A DNA stretch of 59,534 nucleotides, filler included, from Basidiobolus ranarum (GCA_040143965.1; 5 parts of 5 records of this genome joined end to end with filler, not necessarily neighbours in it), one strand, 5' to 3'. Positions 1-13,984 are shown, numbered from the whole stretch's first letter. The notes: generated by a model not told the origin, from the letters alone. Made by a program: numbers and translations.

Positions 1-956
1 TGGTGGATACTACGAAAACAATGAGGAACTCTGGGACATACTTAAATGATTTGTTGGTACTGCGCCTTTTCAAGTATTGCATGGTAAACAGAAATACTAA
101 AGACACACCAGATACTAAAGCCGACTGCCAATGAATTTTTCCAAGATTTTCAACTATAAATAGGAATTTCGTAATGGTTGAACCGCCATGTTTACTACCC
201 GTCAATTTATCAAGACCTAACAGAGTAACTGATTGACCGACAATAATGATGACTGCTAATGCAGTAATAAAGCCTCTGAGTAGGGAGCGAGATAAGATCG
301 AATCAAGAAAACCAACTCTGAACAGCCCAAGCAAGAGCGTAAAGAAACCAACCAGAAAGCCGACTACAGTTGCAGCAGCAATTGATTCAGCAAATATCTC
401 GTCGGGATCTGTCAAATCCGAAATTCTAATGGAGACAGCAGAGCCTACAAGCATCGCAATAAGTGCCTCGGGGCCAATAGAGATTTGCCTATGATGTATA
501 GAAATATGAGTAAGTGGGCGTTAGAATGAATCATTGAACTAATATTGTACCTGGAGGTTCCAAAGAGAGCATAAACAATTAAAGGAACACAGGTAACATA
601 GAGTCCGTACACAGGAGGTAAATGTACAATAGCAGATGCATAAGAGAGGCCTTGAGGAATACTCAAACACGCTACTGTAAGCGCAGCCAGAAAATCAGAG
701 GGGAAAGTCTTTAGGTCATAGTTCGGCACCCATGAAAGGCAAGGAACATAATACTTCAAGCGCATGTAGAACTTGTGACCATTAGCAGTTGGTTGTTCTT
801 GACTACTATTATTAGAACCTAAAGGTATATTAGTATATGATGTAGAGAAAGGTAGGTGGTGATATCCTCACCGTCATATTGGTAGCTATGCTGAGCGAAC
901 GGAATAGTTTCCGAAATATAACTATCAGTGTCAGCTATACTATGCTTTCTTTCCAT
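1..956 (-). CDS. SulP/SLC26 sulfate (anion) transporter, 5' part; runs off the contig start
   Basis: ATG at 956; exons 956-872, 818-551 and 488-<1 with GT-AG introns. The translation contains DFLAALTVACLSIPQGLSYA, PPVYGLY, ALFGTSRQISIGPEA and LLGLFRVGFLDSILSRSLLRGFITA, typical SulP N-terminal motifs. Confidence 0.93.
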
Positions 957-2667
957 GATGTGAAAGACAAAGACTATTTTCGAAAAGTATGATCAGAGGT
1001 ATTTGCGTCGTAGTCGGAGGTGTTAGGATAAAGTCAGTTCTTGTAGAAGACCAAAGGTTTGCGATAATATACCCAAATTGACAACCAACACTCATCTCAT
1101 GGATATTTATAGAGCTAGGGATAAAACTTGTGATGACAAACTATATCGGTACTCCATTATAATTTGTCGCGCTTGAAAGCATGATGAGTGGATTTTGGAA
1201 AGTCCGGATACCCAGCCAGATGAATGCAAAACATTAAGAGCTGAATACCATCATGAACTCATGCATTACATATTTGGCAATAAATCGATCTCATCTACTT
1301 TATATATTGATCATCACCCGTGATAGTGTGTGTTATGTAACTTGGACTGCAGATATGACTAATCAGAATCAGCGATCACGCTAGTTCAAGCGATGAGGTT
1401 TGATGCAGTCTAGGAGATGGCTAACCCCCAATAGCAGGCTTAAAAGATAGAGGTCAGGGTGATATTTGGGCGAAGCATGTTGACTAATATGAGTGGAAAT
1501 CTAAAGATGAGACCTTTTACAAGCATTCCTTCAGATGTTAATCTAATAATTCACACTTATTATGGCAATCTCACCTCGAACGCTGCATTTAAATCTGACT
1601 TACTACGGCGGAGGGGGGGACTCTAGGAGTAACTCTGATCCATATATCTGAACGTGAGAAGACGACTTCAGCTGAAGTTGTGCTTACATGATATCTGGCA
1701 TGCAAGAAAAAGCAGCGAATACGATTAAATATGTATCTGCATAGCTATACCTCAGCAACTTGCTGTGTTTGCTGAGATGTTCTAGCTAACACAAGAGGTA
1801 ATACGAAGGTGCAATTACCATTATTCGTACTTGAAATGGGTAATCTATTTTGCCTAATAGCCCAGTGTCTGTCTGAGTGTGTGGTATCTCCAATGCGAAT
1901 GGTTTCAAATCGTATGATTTGTGTGATATCAGGGATGTATGCTGTTTAATTTTGACTTTAAGTGTTACGCAACGTGACCAAGTCCTGTCCAGCAAATCTC
2001 AGATGTATTCTTTGAATGATAGAACGTGCAAGTAAGAAGTAAAAGAAACTCCCATATTTGGTCACTTTAAACTGGAGAGGGTTATCAGAGCTCACATGAC
2101 TCTCCAGGCACACAATTAATTTGTCCGATTTGGAATGAGGGTGTATCTCTTTTGGGTATGGTAGGAGTACTCCAGACTTAATTTGTATATCATTGGATTC
2201 CTTTCCCTTCATTTGGATCAGTCTTGTATTACATAAATTCAAATAGGATTCATATTCGAATTTGCGACCAGGTACTGCTATTTTACTAACCTACATTATT
2301 CATACGACCAATCCTTACAGATCAGCAAATAGAAACTTTTACTTGCCATTCTGTAATGGTGACCGAAGGTTGACTTGTATATATAAATTAAACATGAATT
2401 GCAGGTTCAATGGCATTTTACTTCTCTTTACTCCGCAGTATCTCAAGTAGGACACTTGTATTCAAGTTGCATAGCTCCAGTTATGGTTCGAACAAAGTAA
2501 CCTATTGTATGTACTACAAATTTCTGCAACATAGCATATAAAAGGTAAACTGCGGTAGTGTATTACTTAACCCTATTGGTCGAAACTTGATTGCTATCTA
2601 TAGATTATTCGTTTGTAGCATATAGGTATGGGATTTTGGGTTGACTATCAGAAGCAAAATGATTGAA

Positions 2668-4224
2668 CTACTTATGAAATCTATTTTGTTTTTTCATTCT
2701 TGTACTTGACGGATGACTTCGAGTACGCATTCTCCATTCTAAATATTGTGGATAGCTTTCCTTCCACAGCAGATGATAAACTTCTTCCAAGGCCTTGTCG
2801 TACCAGTCCATAGAGATCTCCGTATTTTCATACTTTCGTTGGATTTCTTCACGAATTATCGTATTCAATTCAATCCTCATATAAGCTTCTTGGTCAATAA
2901 AGGCCTTGTAAATTCCTTTCAACTCGTCAATCACCCAAGGTTCAACTTTCTCTTCAGCTTTGGCATCTGGTTCAATCACTACCATGGTCTCATTAAGTTC
3001 AAGGATGGAATCTTTGGGGATCGGGAGAAACTCTGAAACCTTAAGTTCATTTTTTGAATATTCCAAACGTCGGGATAAAATTTGTAGATCTCTACATCTT
3101 TCGTAAAATAGTGCGTAGTTCACTGTGAATTGGTCAGAGGTGAATTTTTTGAATTCTTCGAAGAGGAAAGGCGTTTGAAGTATCTGATCAAATTGTAACT
3201 GCTCAGTGGCCACTAGCTTAGCTTCCCTTCGAAGTTTGATTCGAACATAGAAGAGTGGGTAACATACGGAGGTTATGTGAATGCTAATTAAGCCCACAAG
3301 AAGCCAAAAACTAGGTGTTAGATAAGGATCTAAAAAATCTAACCACGATGTGGTGGAGCTAATAATTTGTAAGATAGTGAACAATAATCCCAAACCCAAG
3401 GTAGTCAGATATTCTTCACGCATATGATGCACGTCTCGAACCCCGCGATGAATGAAAAAAGCGAATATCAACAATCCGAGCAAGTACAAGATTAATAATC
3501 CTATTAATGGATATGTTTGCCAGAAGATTGGGCATCGGCCATAGCTGGTAATCGGTGTTGCATCCACTTGAGTTAAGAAATGGATACTTGTGGTATAAAT
3601 AAGTTGCAGGATCAAAGTACCGAAGATAACCATGACGAGAAAGCGTACAGTAAATAAACTACGGTGCCGATAATACCAATTACGACTAAGGAGTTTGTAT
3701 GTATCGAAGCTATCAAATAATTCTGCTTTCGATAAGCGCACCAAGCTATGAACATATTCACCTCTCCTTTTAACTGGCTCAGGATCTTTCGTTTTAGCGA
3801 AAGCAAAATGAGTGTAAGAAGCTGGACTAGAAGCCACAAGTAGTTCTGCCTTGTTCAGATGATATAAAAAAGCCAACCGAACGAACTTCCCAACAGTGCA
3901 GAGTAGGTAGAGACTTAGACTAGGATTAAGTACCCAATGGATGAGATTACAAGAAAAGTAAGGGATTATTAATTCCCAGAGAAATATGAAGGTAATGATC
4001 GTGATAGCGGAAATTGCTCCCAAAAAAGTTAGAGTGGTGGATCGAAATTGGACGCTAAGGATATTTCTATTGTAGATAAATAGCAATGTGGTCGACAAAA
4101 TAAAGCCATTAATCAGCACTATCAAGAGATAATTAAGCGTATACGAACGATTCATATCCCAATTAGTCGATGGGGAGCTAGAAGAGAAGATGGTGTAAGT
4201 CAAAAGATATGGAAATTCAGTCAT
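2668..4224 (-). CDS. Seven-transmembrane protein with a C-terminal RGS domain (GprK/RGS1-like GPCR-RGS)
   Basis: Intronless 518-aa ORF with about 7 hydrophobic segments, followed by FDQILQTPFLFEEFKKFTSDQFTVNYALFYE...IYKAFIDQEAYMRIELN...YDKALEEVYHLLWKESYPQYL, an RGS-domain pattern. Confidence 0.85.
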   Translation of the reverse strand: MTEFPYLLTYTIFSSSSPSTNWDMNRSYTLNYLLIVLINGFILSTTLLFIYNRNILSVQFRSTTLTFLGAISAITIITFIFLWELIIPYFSCNLIHWVLNPSLSLYLLCTVGKFVRLAFLYHLNKAELLVASSPASYTHFAFAKTKDPEPVKRRGEYVHSLVRLSKAELFDSFDTYKLLSRNWYYRHRSLFTVRFLVMVIFGTLILQLIYTTSIHFLTQVDATPITSYGRCPIFWQTYPLIGLLILYLLGLLIFAFFIHRGVRDVHHMREEYLTTLGLGLLFTILQIISSTTSWLDFLDPYLTPSFWLLVGLISIHITSVCYPLFYVRIKLRREAKLVATEQLQFDQILQTPFLFEEFKKFTSDQFTVNYALFYERCRDLQILSRRLEYSKNELKVSEFLPIPKDSILELNETMVVIEPDAKAEEKVEPWVIDELKGIYKAFIDQEAYMRIELNTIIREEIQRKYENTEISMDWYDKALEEVYHLLWKESYPQYLEWRMRTRSHPSSTRMKKQNRFHK

Positions 4225-6183
4225 TCTGTACAGACGTTATTTACAAATTACATTTAATATAGACTGCTAGATACTCTTTCAAGTGGACAAGTGACGAGCA
4301 CTAAAGCAACGAGATGTTCGAGGGGAATATATCAAAATTCGGTTGCTTCAGGCGTTACAGTTGAGTACCTATCGTCCCGAGTTGTTCATCAAGTGCGAGA
4401 ACAGCTTTATTTATGAGATCTTTGACAGGAACAGATCTGCGCATAGAATATGCATCGAGCTTTGTTGATCCTATATAACCCATTCAAATCTGTAAATCAT
4501 ACAATTCAACTTCCCTCATAAAAGATCGGTTATGTTTAGAGAATAATATCCTAGAAGAGATGAACTGTAGTCTATTCAATCCGTAATACATCAAACTCAT
4601 AATAGCCAAAACAATAGAAAGATGTGAATGGGTTGCGCTCAACTAGATGTAAGATAATGTTGAGACTCGAACAATCTCAACACGTACGTCAATGAGGGCG
4701 ACCCACTCGTAACAAACTGTGGACATATAGAGCGAATTGTAAATGGGCCGACGAGAGGTCTAACAACTGTAACTGCATGTAAGCCTCGTAATTTTAAATG
4801 CTTGCTTCTTTCCCGGTCAAAATTCACCAGTCATATGCAATGGACCAACAAAGATCTTGAAGGAAATTAATCCATGAAGTAATCAGAAGTACTAGATTAT
4901 TGCGTCAAAGTTTGGCTGAGCCACACATAGCAGCTTACAATCACGTTTGATAAAAGAAAATTTTCAATTTGAAACAATCATCAACTCATAAGCCTCATAA
5001 ATGATATGCTTACTGCAAATGCTGATCTCGATATTTCCCGAGGCGCACAAGAAAAAGAAATACCCTACTTTACAACCGAGCACAATAGCCGACTTCAATT
5101 ATATTTTATGCGATATACCCTCTTATTGACTAAAGATGATCAGCTTACTACGCAGATGGCACGATGTAGTTCACAAAGATTACTACTGCTTTGTGTTGAA
5201 GACAGAGAAGACTTGTTAGTACCTCCACATATGACCACTCCCCCCAACAGTAACGTCAGCCAAATGATTGATAGAGAGTCGGTATGAGTCATACTACTTG
5301 TCTTGGTGAACAAATAAATTTTCAATGTAAAAGGATTGGGATTACTATTACTATTCGGAAAGTTGCGCCGAAGTCAATAATACTTTAGTTATTTGATATG
5401 CTCTGCAGTGGCGAAAAAGAAGACAGTATGGGAAAATCACTTCTGAACCTCCATTGTTAGATACCTGTTTAGTAAACGTGGATTGACTGGGTGATACTAA
5501 CACATATCTACATATTTGGGCACATCTCACCACTAAATTATGATTCTACGCTAAAACTATGATTTGTTTCATATTCTTAAGGAATCCCTGCATGTTGAGA
5601 GCAGTGGATGAGAAAGAATTTCCAAAATTTATATTAGCTTTGACATTTTTATTCTTCAGGCGAGGATATTGGGGATCATACTCTACTTGTTGCCGTACCA
5701 CCTTCCTAACTGGCGCTGTCTCACCAATTGCTCCTAGTTGAAGTATTTTCTCAGGGCCACTTTTCAATATATGCCAAGAATGAGGATTCCGGAATTTTCT
5801 TTTCTAATCTATACGTCCATAACCGCTCTTGTGAGAGGTTAGGATTGATTAAAATGATATACAAGTCAAGTACTAGATATAAATACCTATGAAATAGCTA
5901 GGTGGTATATATATCTTACGTGATGGGAATATCTAACCAAGTTAGCCATACTGGTCCAAAAACCATCAGGAGAGTAGTGGCAGATTAGCTTTAGTTTCCA
6001 ATTACTCAACATTACACATAAGTGTCTATTGACCAATTTGGAAAAAAAAAGAAAACCTGCATCAACAGATGCATATATAATTGGGCTCACAAGTGTTATA
6101 GTCGATCATCCTGCATGTGCTTATACTCTTCACTGTATTAGAGCTCGAGTCTTTCACAGTTGGCGCTATAACGAAGAAGTTTA

Positions 6184-7666
6184 ATGTCAGAAGAAACACC
6201 TAGGCAATTTAGCGCAATCGAAGCCCAGAAAGTTAGTGATGTTGAATCTCCTGGTTTAATTGTTACTAAAGAAGAGATCCTCAGCTCGAAGGAAGAGTCG
6301 ATTTACGAGAGCAAGAGGGTGGATGAGTTGGACAAACCTCCAGATGGCGGATATGGTTGGTTTGTAGTCTTAGCATGCTTTCTTGTTCATTTCTCAATAC
6401 TGGGAACTTGTTTTACCTGGGGGATATTCCAGCGTTATTATGTGGAATCGATGATTTTTGGAGAGACTTCCAACGCTGTCATCTCTTTTGTTGGAACGAT
6501 AGGTGTCTCCTGTCTTGATTTGTGGGGCTTGGTAACAGGATCGATCTGTGAAAAACTAGGCTATAGGCGAACTATGTTTGTTGGAGTTATTCTGCTTTCT
6601 GCTTCATTTATTATCGCCTCGTTCTCAACACAGGTGAGGAGTTTTGTTTCATGACTATACACTTTTACGACTTTCTAATGGATTGGGATAGATTTGGCAT
6701 TTATTTCTGACTCAAGGCTTTATGTATAGCGTTGGTGGAGGTCTGCTGTACTTTCCTCCTCTCGGTGCAGTTCCACAATGGTTTCAGAAACATAGAGGGC
6801 TGGCATTAGGCTTGGGTATTTCAGGCTCCGGCATCGGAGGCCTTGTGTACAATCCTTTGGCACAATTCTTGCTAGTCAAAGTGGGAATCAGATGGACATT
6901 ACGAATTCTTGCAATAATGAATCTATTCATCGGTCTGATTGCGACCATTCTGACCAAACCTAGAATCCGTAGCTCTCCAGAAGATGTCACTTTCGCTGGC
7001 TACTTAAAGGTTATCAAGGATACTCGATTACTCTTTCTATCTTCAATTGCCATGGTTACTTTCTTTGGGTTCTTTGTTCCATTTAATCTGATACCAAGTA
7101 ATATCCTTTCCGTGATTCCTGCCAAGTAGTCACAATCGTTCTAAAACCACATTTTTACTTTAGCTTATGCGGCAGATATCGGACTGACACCAGATCAAGG
7201 TGCATTAGTAGCAGGAGTTCTCAATGGGTTTTCAGCTTTTGGTCGACTTGGGCTTGGAATATTATCGGATTACATAGGAGCTATGAATACGATATTTTTG
7301 TCTCCCTTTGTTGGTGGGTTGAGTATTCTGTTGATCTGGAGCTTTTCAAGCAATTTTGGCATTTTGATATTCTTCTCGGTAGTATATGGAGTGATGGGTG
7401 GTGGTTTGATTAGTCTACTTCCAATTGTCACAACAAGCATATTTGGCCTTGACCAAACTGCTACAAGGATTGGAATTGTTTTTGGGATATCCACAGTAGG
7501 CACCCTGCTAGGAACCCCAATTTCAGGGGCTCTGTTAGATTCAACTGGTGCAAATGTTTCGTACATGGGGGTTATCGGATTTTCAGGCGGGATGTACCTT
7601 TTAGGTGCGGCTATGGTGGTATATTTGAAGTTCAAAGTCAATGGCAAAATAATTTCCATTTCATAG
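6184..7666 (+). CDS. MFS transporter, monocarboxylate porter (MCT/Mch) family
   Basis: Exons 6184-6633, 6692-7097 and 7164-7666 (GT-AG, frames join). PPDGGYGW and QWFQKHRGLALGLGISGSGIGG motifs; about 12 TM segments. Confidence 0.93.
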
Positions 7667-8651
7667 AGAACCTTACCTGAACAGTGAATAGATATTGAGC
7701 GTATAGAACGAGGTATGGGATGGGGGAGTTACCCTTCCGTAGGTTGAAGATTAAGGATTTTTTTTGGTGTACATGTTATCATTTTTACTCTTTACATCAA
7801 ATAATCCAATTATTAAATACCTTTCTGTCGATGTCCAATGCATCATGATTTCTATTCGATAAATTCTTTCAAGATGGGATGGCGCGGGACTGCTTTACAC
7901 GAAGTTTATTTGATTTAAACTGTGTAGAAATCACAATATCCATGCGCCTATCCTAAACATGTATATTGTGATAGTAAGTAAAGGTTAGGCAACAATATGC
8001 ACCTTGTACGACAACTCTGTAGTAATCGCCAACAAATACAAGACCAGATTGATCTCGAATCGATCCAAATATGTGGTATCAATCGGGGATCAGATGTTTC
8101 GTTAAGTATTGCTATGCATGCATGATAATCAAATCATTGAAATGGCATAATAACGAATAAGCATGATCGAGTGTGGGAGAATGCCAGTCTATCAGGACAT
8201 GTAGCTTCAAGCAATATTGATTTCCAGATTAGGCTTCCTTACTCTTGTCACGCTACCAGCCTACAACCAATGGCTGATATATTTGTTAGTGATGTATGTG
8301 ACTAAGTCTATCAGGGATCGTCCAAATACCTACGAGCGATCTTACCAGTGCATTTTGGGAATATTCAAGCACCTGTGTCGCAAACTATTTGCAAATCACT
8401 CCATGATGAGTACCCCGGATACTAACGATTCTTTTACATAACATCTTACAAAATGTTAGAAAAGCACCAGTCCATAATATTTATTTTATATCTTTAAAGC
8501 CTTCAACTCTTTTTGCTTGGTAAGTTTGGATTTCCTTTTCAACTGACTAGTTAGGAATAACATGACCTTTATATCTTCATTGAATTACATATTCGCAAGT
8601 GCACAGATGAATGTTTTTTAATATTTGGATGCGAGTTAAAGAAACCCTATT

Positions 8652-10108
8652 TTAATATCCCTCAACGATGGTAGAAGGAGCAGCATTCTCGTAGACAACT
8701 TTGTAGATTCTTGTAAACAGAGGGAACCTAAAAAACATCATGACGGTTAGATATGCATAGTAAAGTGATTGACACAAGCTTTGACTTACTCATCAGTCTT
8801 GTTTTTGGCTCTAAGGTACTGGTGAACTTCTTGAGCAGCTAGGGTTCCTTGCAACTTTTGTCCATTAAGCATCTCACGTTCAAGTTCATCAAAGGATTTT
8901 CCAGTGACTACATAAGCTTCAGCGACTTTACGATTTCTACCACCAGCACAAGTAGTAATAAGATCAGCAACTCCACAACTTTCATAGAAAGTTTCCTCTC
9001 TGACACCTGACCAGAATGTACAAGCAAATTGCTTCATCTCCATAAGACCAATTCTCATGATGGCAGCTTTAGTGTTCTCACCAAGTCTAATATTATAGAT
9101 GAATACTTGAATCTTCATATACTAGAATAAAATTATTGAAAAAATCTTACTTGAGACCATCAATGATACCAGCACCAACAGCGACAATATTCTTCAACGC
9201 ACCGCATATTTCAACTCCGGCAACGTCGTCAACAACAGTAACTCTGAAGTAAGGGGTGTTGAAAATCTTATAATAAGCTTCACCATCTTCCTTTATTCTT
9301 GATCCGATAGTGGTCTCACAGAAGTATTCTTCGGCAACTTCGTTAGCAATGTTGGCGCCCGATAAGACACTAACTTCGATATTTAAAGCCTCAGAGATAA
9401 CTTGAGAGAAGAGTTTTAATCCATTAGCGGAAGCATCAAGTCCCTATAATATAGATATATAAATATAAGAATCGATTTTTAGGATTAAAAAACATTGACA
9501 ACTCACTTTAATCAGGGAAATGGCTTTAGCATCAGGTCTGATATTTCCGAGGAGACTCTTACAGATACTCTTCAAAAACTATTATTCCAAAGAAGATACG
9601 GGTTACTAAAGTGGAAATGGAATTATCTGACGAGAAGAGTATACACTAACTTGATGAGGAACAACAAAGATCAAAATGGTAGCATCTTTAACGCACTCTA
9701 GGAGGTCGGGGACTGCGACAATACTCTCGGGAAGTTTGATACCAGGTAGATATCTGTTAGAAAAAGAGGTTACGAGTTAAGAGATTCCACTGACTACAGT
9801 TCATTTTTGGTATAATCTTCAGTTGAGGTGTTAGAATATAAAAAGGATACTTGACATTTTCATGTTCGGTGTTAATAATTTCCGTCAGTTTTTGGCCGTT
9901 GATTAGCTCTTCAAAAACCCACATCCTGACTTCTTGGTCAAACTCCGAACTTTGTAATACATTACCTCCTACGATTTTGGCGATAGCAGAACCCCTGGGT
10001 AGTTTGTAAAGTTAAATTGTTAGCGATATGAATAAGAGGATGATGTATTTTCAAGCATAAAACATACCAGTTGCCCGAGCCGATAAGAGCGACTTTTTCC
10101 TTGGTCAT
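8652..10108 (-). CDS. GPD1: NAD-dependent glycerol-3-phosphate dehydrogenase
   Basis: 7 exons joined by GT-AG introns. Motifs [57 protein letters not shown] and [18 protein letters not shown]. Confidence 0.97.
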
Positions 10109-11852
10109 GATTAATAGAGAAGTAAAAAGTAAAGCGTAGGAGCGAATACAAGGATAAACCAAGAGGGATTATATATTTATGAAGAGAGATGAATAAATAT
10201 AACTGGTATTTATTTAGTGTTTTTGATGGTTTGTGAGGAATTCTAGGAATAACTGCATTTTAATTTGCTGGATTATTTAGGAATAAGCATTATCAACGTA
10301 ACTTGAATCAGCACGAATAAATCGGTATATTACCCTATTACTTCACGGTTCTTGTATAGCGACGGAGTGTATCTAAACTTTGAATACAATAAAGCTCATA
10401 TCTAATATTTTATTACTGAAAGCCAGACCAATCTTCTGTAGACAAATACCCTTCATACTTCATGACTGTGGCAAAGATGATTATGTTGGCAATAGTAGTT
10501 AAAGAATGCAGTAATTACATGACGTATTCTATTTAAGCAAACATAGTGATCGAGTAGGTAAGCAAAACTACTTGTCATTTAAATTAGACAGATTAACTAA
10601 ACGGGACACCCCTCACTAATCTAATCCATCTTTCGGAGCTCTAGCTTTTGTACTTAATGGACCCATCTTGGATCCAACAAGATTGTTGATGTTCATACGC
10701 TATAGGCGAATCAGAGAAGCTCCTTTAACCCAAGTGATAAGTAACCTCAACCATGCAATCTACATAACAGTACTAATGTAGCAACCAAAAAAGGTGCAGC
10801 CCCATTGCAAGTGAATTTAGATGGGGAGATGGGATTTGGTCGCACCTAATGAACTGGCTTGGTGCTTAGCCTGATTTTTAGTATCCGGGGGATTCATCTG
10901 TTGGAGTAGAATATGGATTTCTCACGGGTGCAAACATTGGAAGATAATAGATTTGTATTGCCTACGTGAGTCGGGAACGTGAAGCAGCACGGCTAGATAA
11001 AGATCAACCACATATGGACTATTATTATTTGATCTCTACTAAACCACTAGCAAACTATACAACCACCGTTCTGTCCAGATTCATCAGTGACTATAAGAAG
11101 CCCGTATATTATTCGCATTGGGTCTCATGGGCGAATTCTATAGCTTGATTGTTTATATTCACGCTAGCTAATTGATTGTTGACGCAGGTCGAGCCACCTA
11201 TGCATTTTCTATCTCGGACGAAATTGTATACATGCAGGTCTTTTTTGTACTTGAAATGATAATTGGTTTAGTGCTGCGCATATATTCGTAAATGTTATTG
11301 AGATTGCTTGTGGCCATCATTTTAGAATGGGACCAGGCTTTAGATATTCTAGATCTACTAGTTTGAACCTTGCCGGAATCTAGCTACTATTACAGTCATC
11401 TGTAAGAGTAATGACGTAATTGATCAATGATAGGGGTAATATCTGATATTGACTTGATTTATCAGGTTCACACCTGTCTCATTTCAAAGTTGCAATGAGA
11501 TGATTATATCTACGGATTGTGGACAAATCAAATTCGGATAGGTCCGGATCATATGGTCTAGTTAGTCATGCATATTTTATCTGTTCGTTTTCACCCAGAT
11601 GTTATATCTCGATCGTACACGTAACCAAGAGATTCTTGAGGTGACTGTATTGAATTAACAACTGAAATTTAAATCAAAGGCTCTGCTGATAAATAAGAGT
11701 TTGCTCAACCTCTAATGTTCTTTTTCAGACATTATTGTTGGCATCATTAAACAAAAATAATCTGCTAAAAGACAATATATCAGTGATGTATTTAAGAAAA
11801 AGCTATAACAAAAGAAATGGTGTCAGTTCGTTTTTCTCTTCCTTTTCTTTAT

Positions 11853-11952
11853 NNNNNNNNNNNNNNNNNNNNNNNNNNNNNNNNNNNNNNNNNNNNTTAA
11901 TTAATTAANNNNNNNNNNNNNNNNNNNNNNNNNNNNNNNNNNNNNNNNNNNN
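11853..11952. other. Artificial contig spacer 1 (N44-TTAATTAATTAA-N44)
   Basis: Identical 100-bp block occurring four times; the core gives stop codons in all six frames. Confidence 0.97.
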
Positions 11953-12727
11953 GACACTTTTCTCCATGGTAATGGAGCCATAATTTTGAATAGTAAGAAG
12001 CAACCAGCTGTAGCACTTTCCACTACAGAAGCAGAGTATATGGCTGCTTCCACTGCTACACAAGAAGCTACTTGGTTAGGGAAGTTATTTACAGACTTAA
12101 ATTGCATCCAAAAATGTGCTATTACTGTATTTGAAGATAATCAAAGTAGTATTTTGCTAGACAAAAACCCTATATTTCTTGCTAGAACAAAACATATAGA
12201 TATTAGGCAGCATTTTGTTAGAGAAGCAGTAGAGAATGACATAATCAAACTTGCCTATTGCCCTACTGAAGAAGTGATTGCGGACATTTTAACAAAACCT
12301 TTAGCTAAAGCACAATTTGAATTATTAAGAAATAAGTTTGGTTTGAGAGCAATGGGAAATAGCTGGTTGAGTGGGCATGTTGAAATTAGGTGTATTGCAA
12401 CTCATTATTTAGTAGTTAGTTTATTCATATTCAAATTATTTAGCACTTAATTCTGTCATTCAAAAACATATGCTTATTGCTCTAATTGATATTCTATTAA
12501 TTAGATCACTTTTATCAATTTTTATTATTCTCTCAAAACTTCTCCAAAGCACCTCAATGTTCACCCATGCTGGACAGGCATGTTTGCTATGTTCTAAGCA
12601 CATCCAATAGTCCTATTTCACAGTAAACTATAAATTAGATATATTCAATTCAATAAAGCTTAAGTGTCTAATTCACAAATCCAAATCTTGTCCAAAAAAC
12701 TTCCAAATTCCCTAACCACTTTGATCA
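11953..12727 (+). mobile_element. Ty1/copia 3' end: RNase H, PPT and 3' LTR (LTR family A, 12378-12727)
   Basis: SKKQPAVALSTTEAEYMA...EDNQS...RTKHIDIRQHFVRE...ADILTKPL; PPT TTGAGTGGGCA directly before TGTTG; LTR ends ...GATCA. Confidence 0.92.
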
Positions 12728-13278
12728 TTCTTTAAGGAAATTTGCCAAAATCCAGAGCTTATTCTCACAGTGAATGGTAACAAGAGTCTGCAATTTGCCA
12801 AGTGTCAGTGCTATTCAAAGTTTTCAAAGTTTAGCAATTTTTCCACCATTAGTTCGCTATTAAAGCATATTAATATTGTTGAATTACATATGATGGGTTA
12901 AGTATGTGAATACATAGAGACTAAAAACAGCAAGATTCTTGTATTTTTTGATTCACATTGTGGCTGGAATACAAAGCCTAAAATATCCAAATAAGGGCAT
13001 ACATATAAATTCAAATTCCTACAGCAGTAAACCCAGTAATTTGCCATTCAAAAATTAGATTTTTGAGAAAAGTTCCGGAAATTAATAAAGCATGCCAAAT
13101 ATGAGGATCAATATTTCAACCTGTGTGAATACCATCACAATACCATCAAGAAGCCACCATCACACTATCAAAATCCCAGGCAGAATGCAAGCCACTAATA
13201 TTGTAACAGCTCTCATGTGGCTTTGCATTCCTGAAGGGTGAATCTGATCCGGATCAAGTTGATTTTATTTTTGTAAGG
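12728..13278 (+). mobile_element. Copy A of a degenerate repeat: 3' end of a probable CACTA-type element
   Basis: Alignable by eye with 13360-13984 plus 17932-18161, and with 20250-21106. The copies share a + frame ending at the same TAA and a shared terminus (...TTGTAAGGC here). Confidence 0.6.
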
Positions 13279-13984
13279 CTTATCCTAATCTGATTAGCAA
13301 TGTATCATCACAAGCAGTGATGGACATACTGCACTGGGCTAAGGAGACTTTGGACTATATTTCCCTTCCAACAAAGGGCTCTTTTTAACATGCCTATGGG
13401 TTGTTGCATTGCTTGACCACAATAACAGCAACTAGACCTAATCTGTGGACACAATGTAAGTACATCTATAATTTGGAATCTTTTGTTTATGTGATTTTCT
13501 GATGGTATTTCTAGGAAAGCTGGAAGACAGACTTCTTAGCAAAACAGATTGATCTAAAAAGTATTATTGCTTAGCCATGTGGCAACTTATTCAAACAATA
13601 ACATGTCTGCTTGGGGCAGGACATTTGTTTATTTAAAGTAGGTAATATATGGCTGAAATCTTTATGGAAATTTGTTAAAATCAAATTTCTTATTCTCAAT
13701 GTAATAATAACCAGAGTCTGCTAATTGTCAGTTATCATTGCTATGCTAAACTTCATGGATTTGGCAACTTTTCCATCATTATTTTGCTGGTGAAGCATAT
13801 CAATGTTGTTATAATATTTCTGATCAGACAAGTATGTGCATATGTAGAGACTAATGACAACAAGATACTTCTATATTTGGATTCTCATTCTGGCTCAAAT
13901 ACATGGACTAAAGTATCTCAATAAATGCATGCAAATTAACTCAAATTACTATAGCGCTAAGCCCAGTAATTTGCAATTCAAAAA

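Noticed and set aside
11897-11908. Recurring palindromic TTAATTAATTAA as a biological motif (for example a piggyBac site)
   Set aside because: Always centred in an identical N44/N44 block; it is an artificial linker.
12990-13250. Minus-strand frame (GIHTG.NIDPHIWHALL) as a TET/JBP dioxygenase
   Set aside because: The HxD Asp is absent in all three copies (G, Y, W) and the frame is not preserved between copies.
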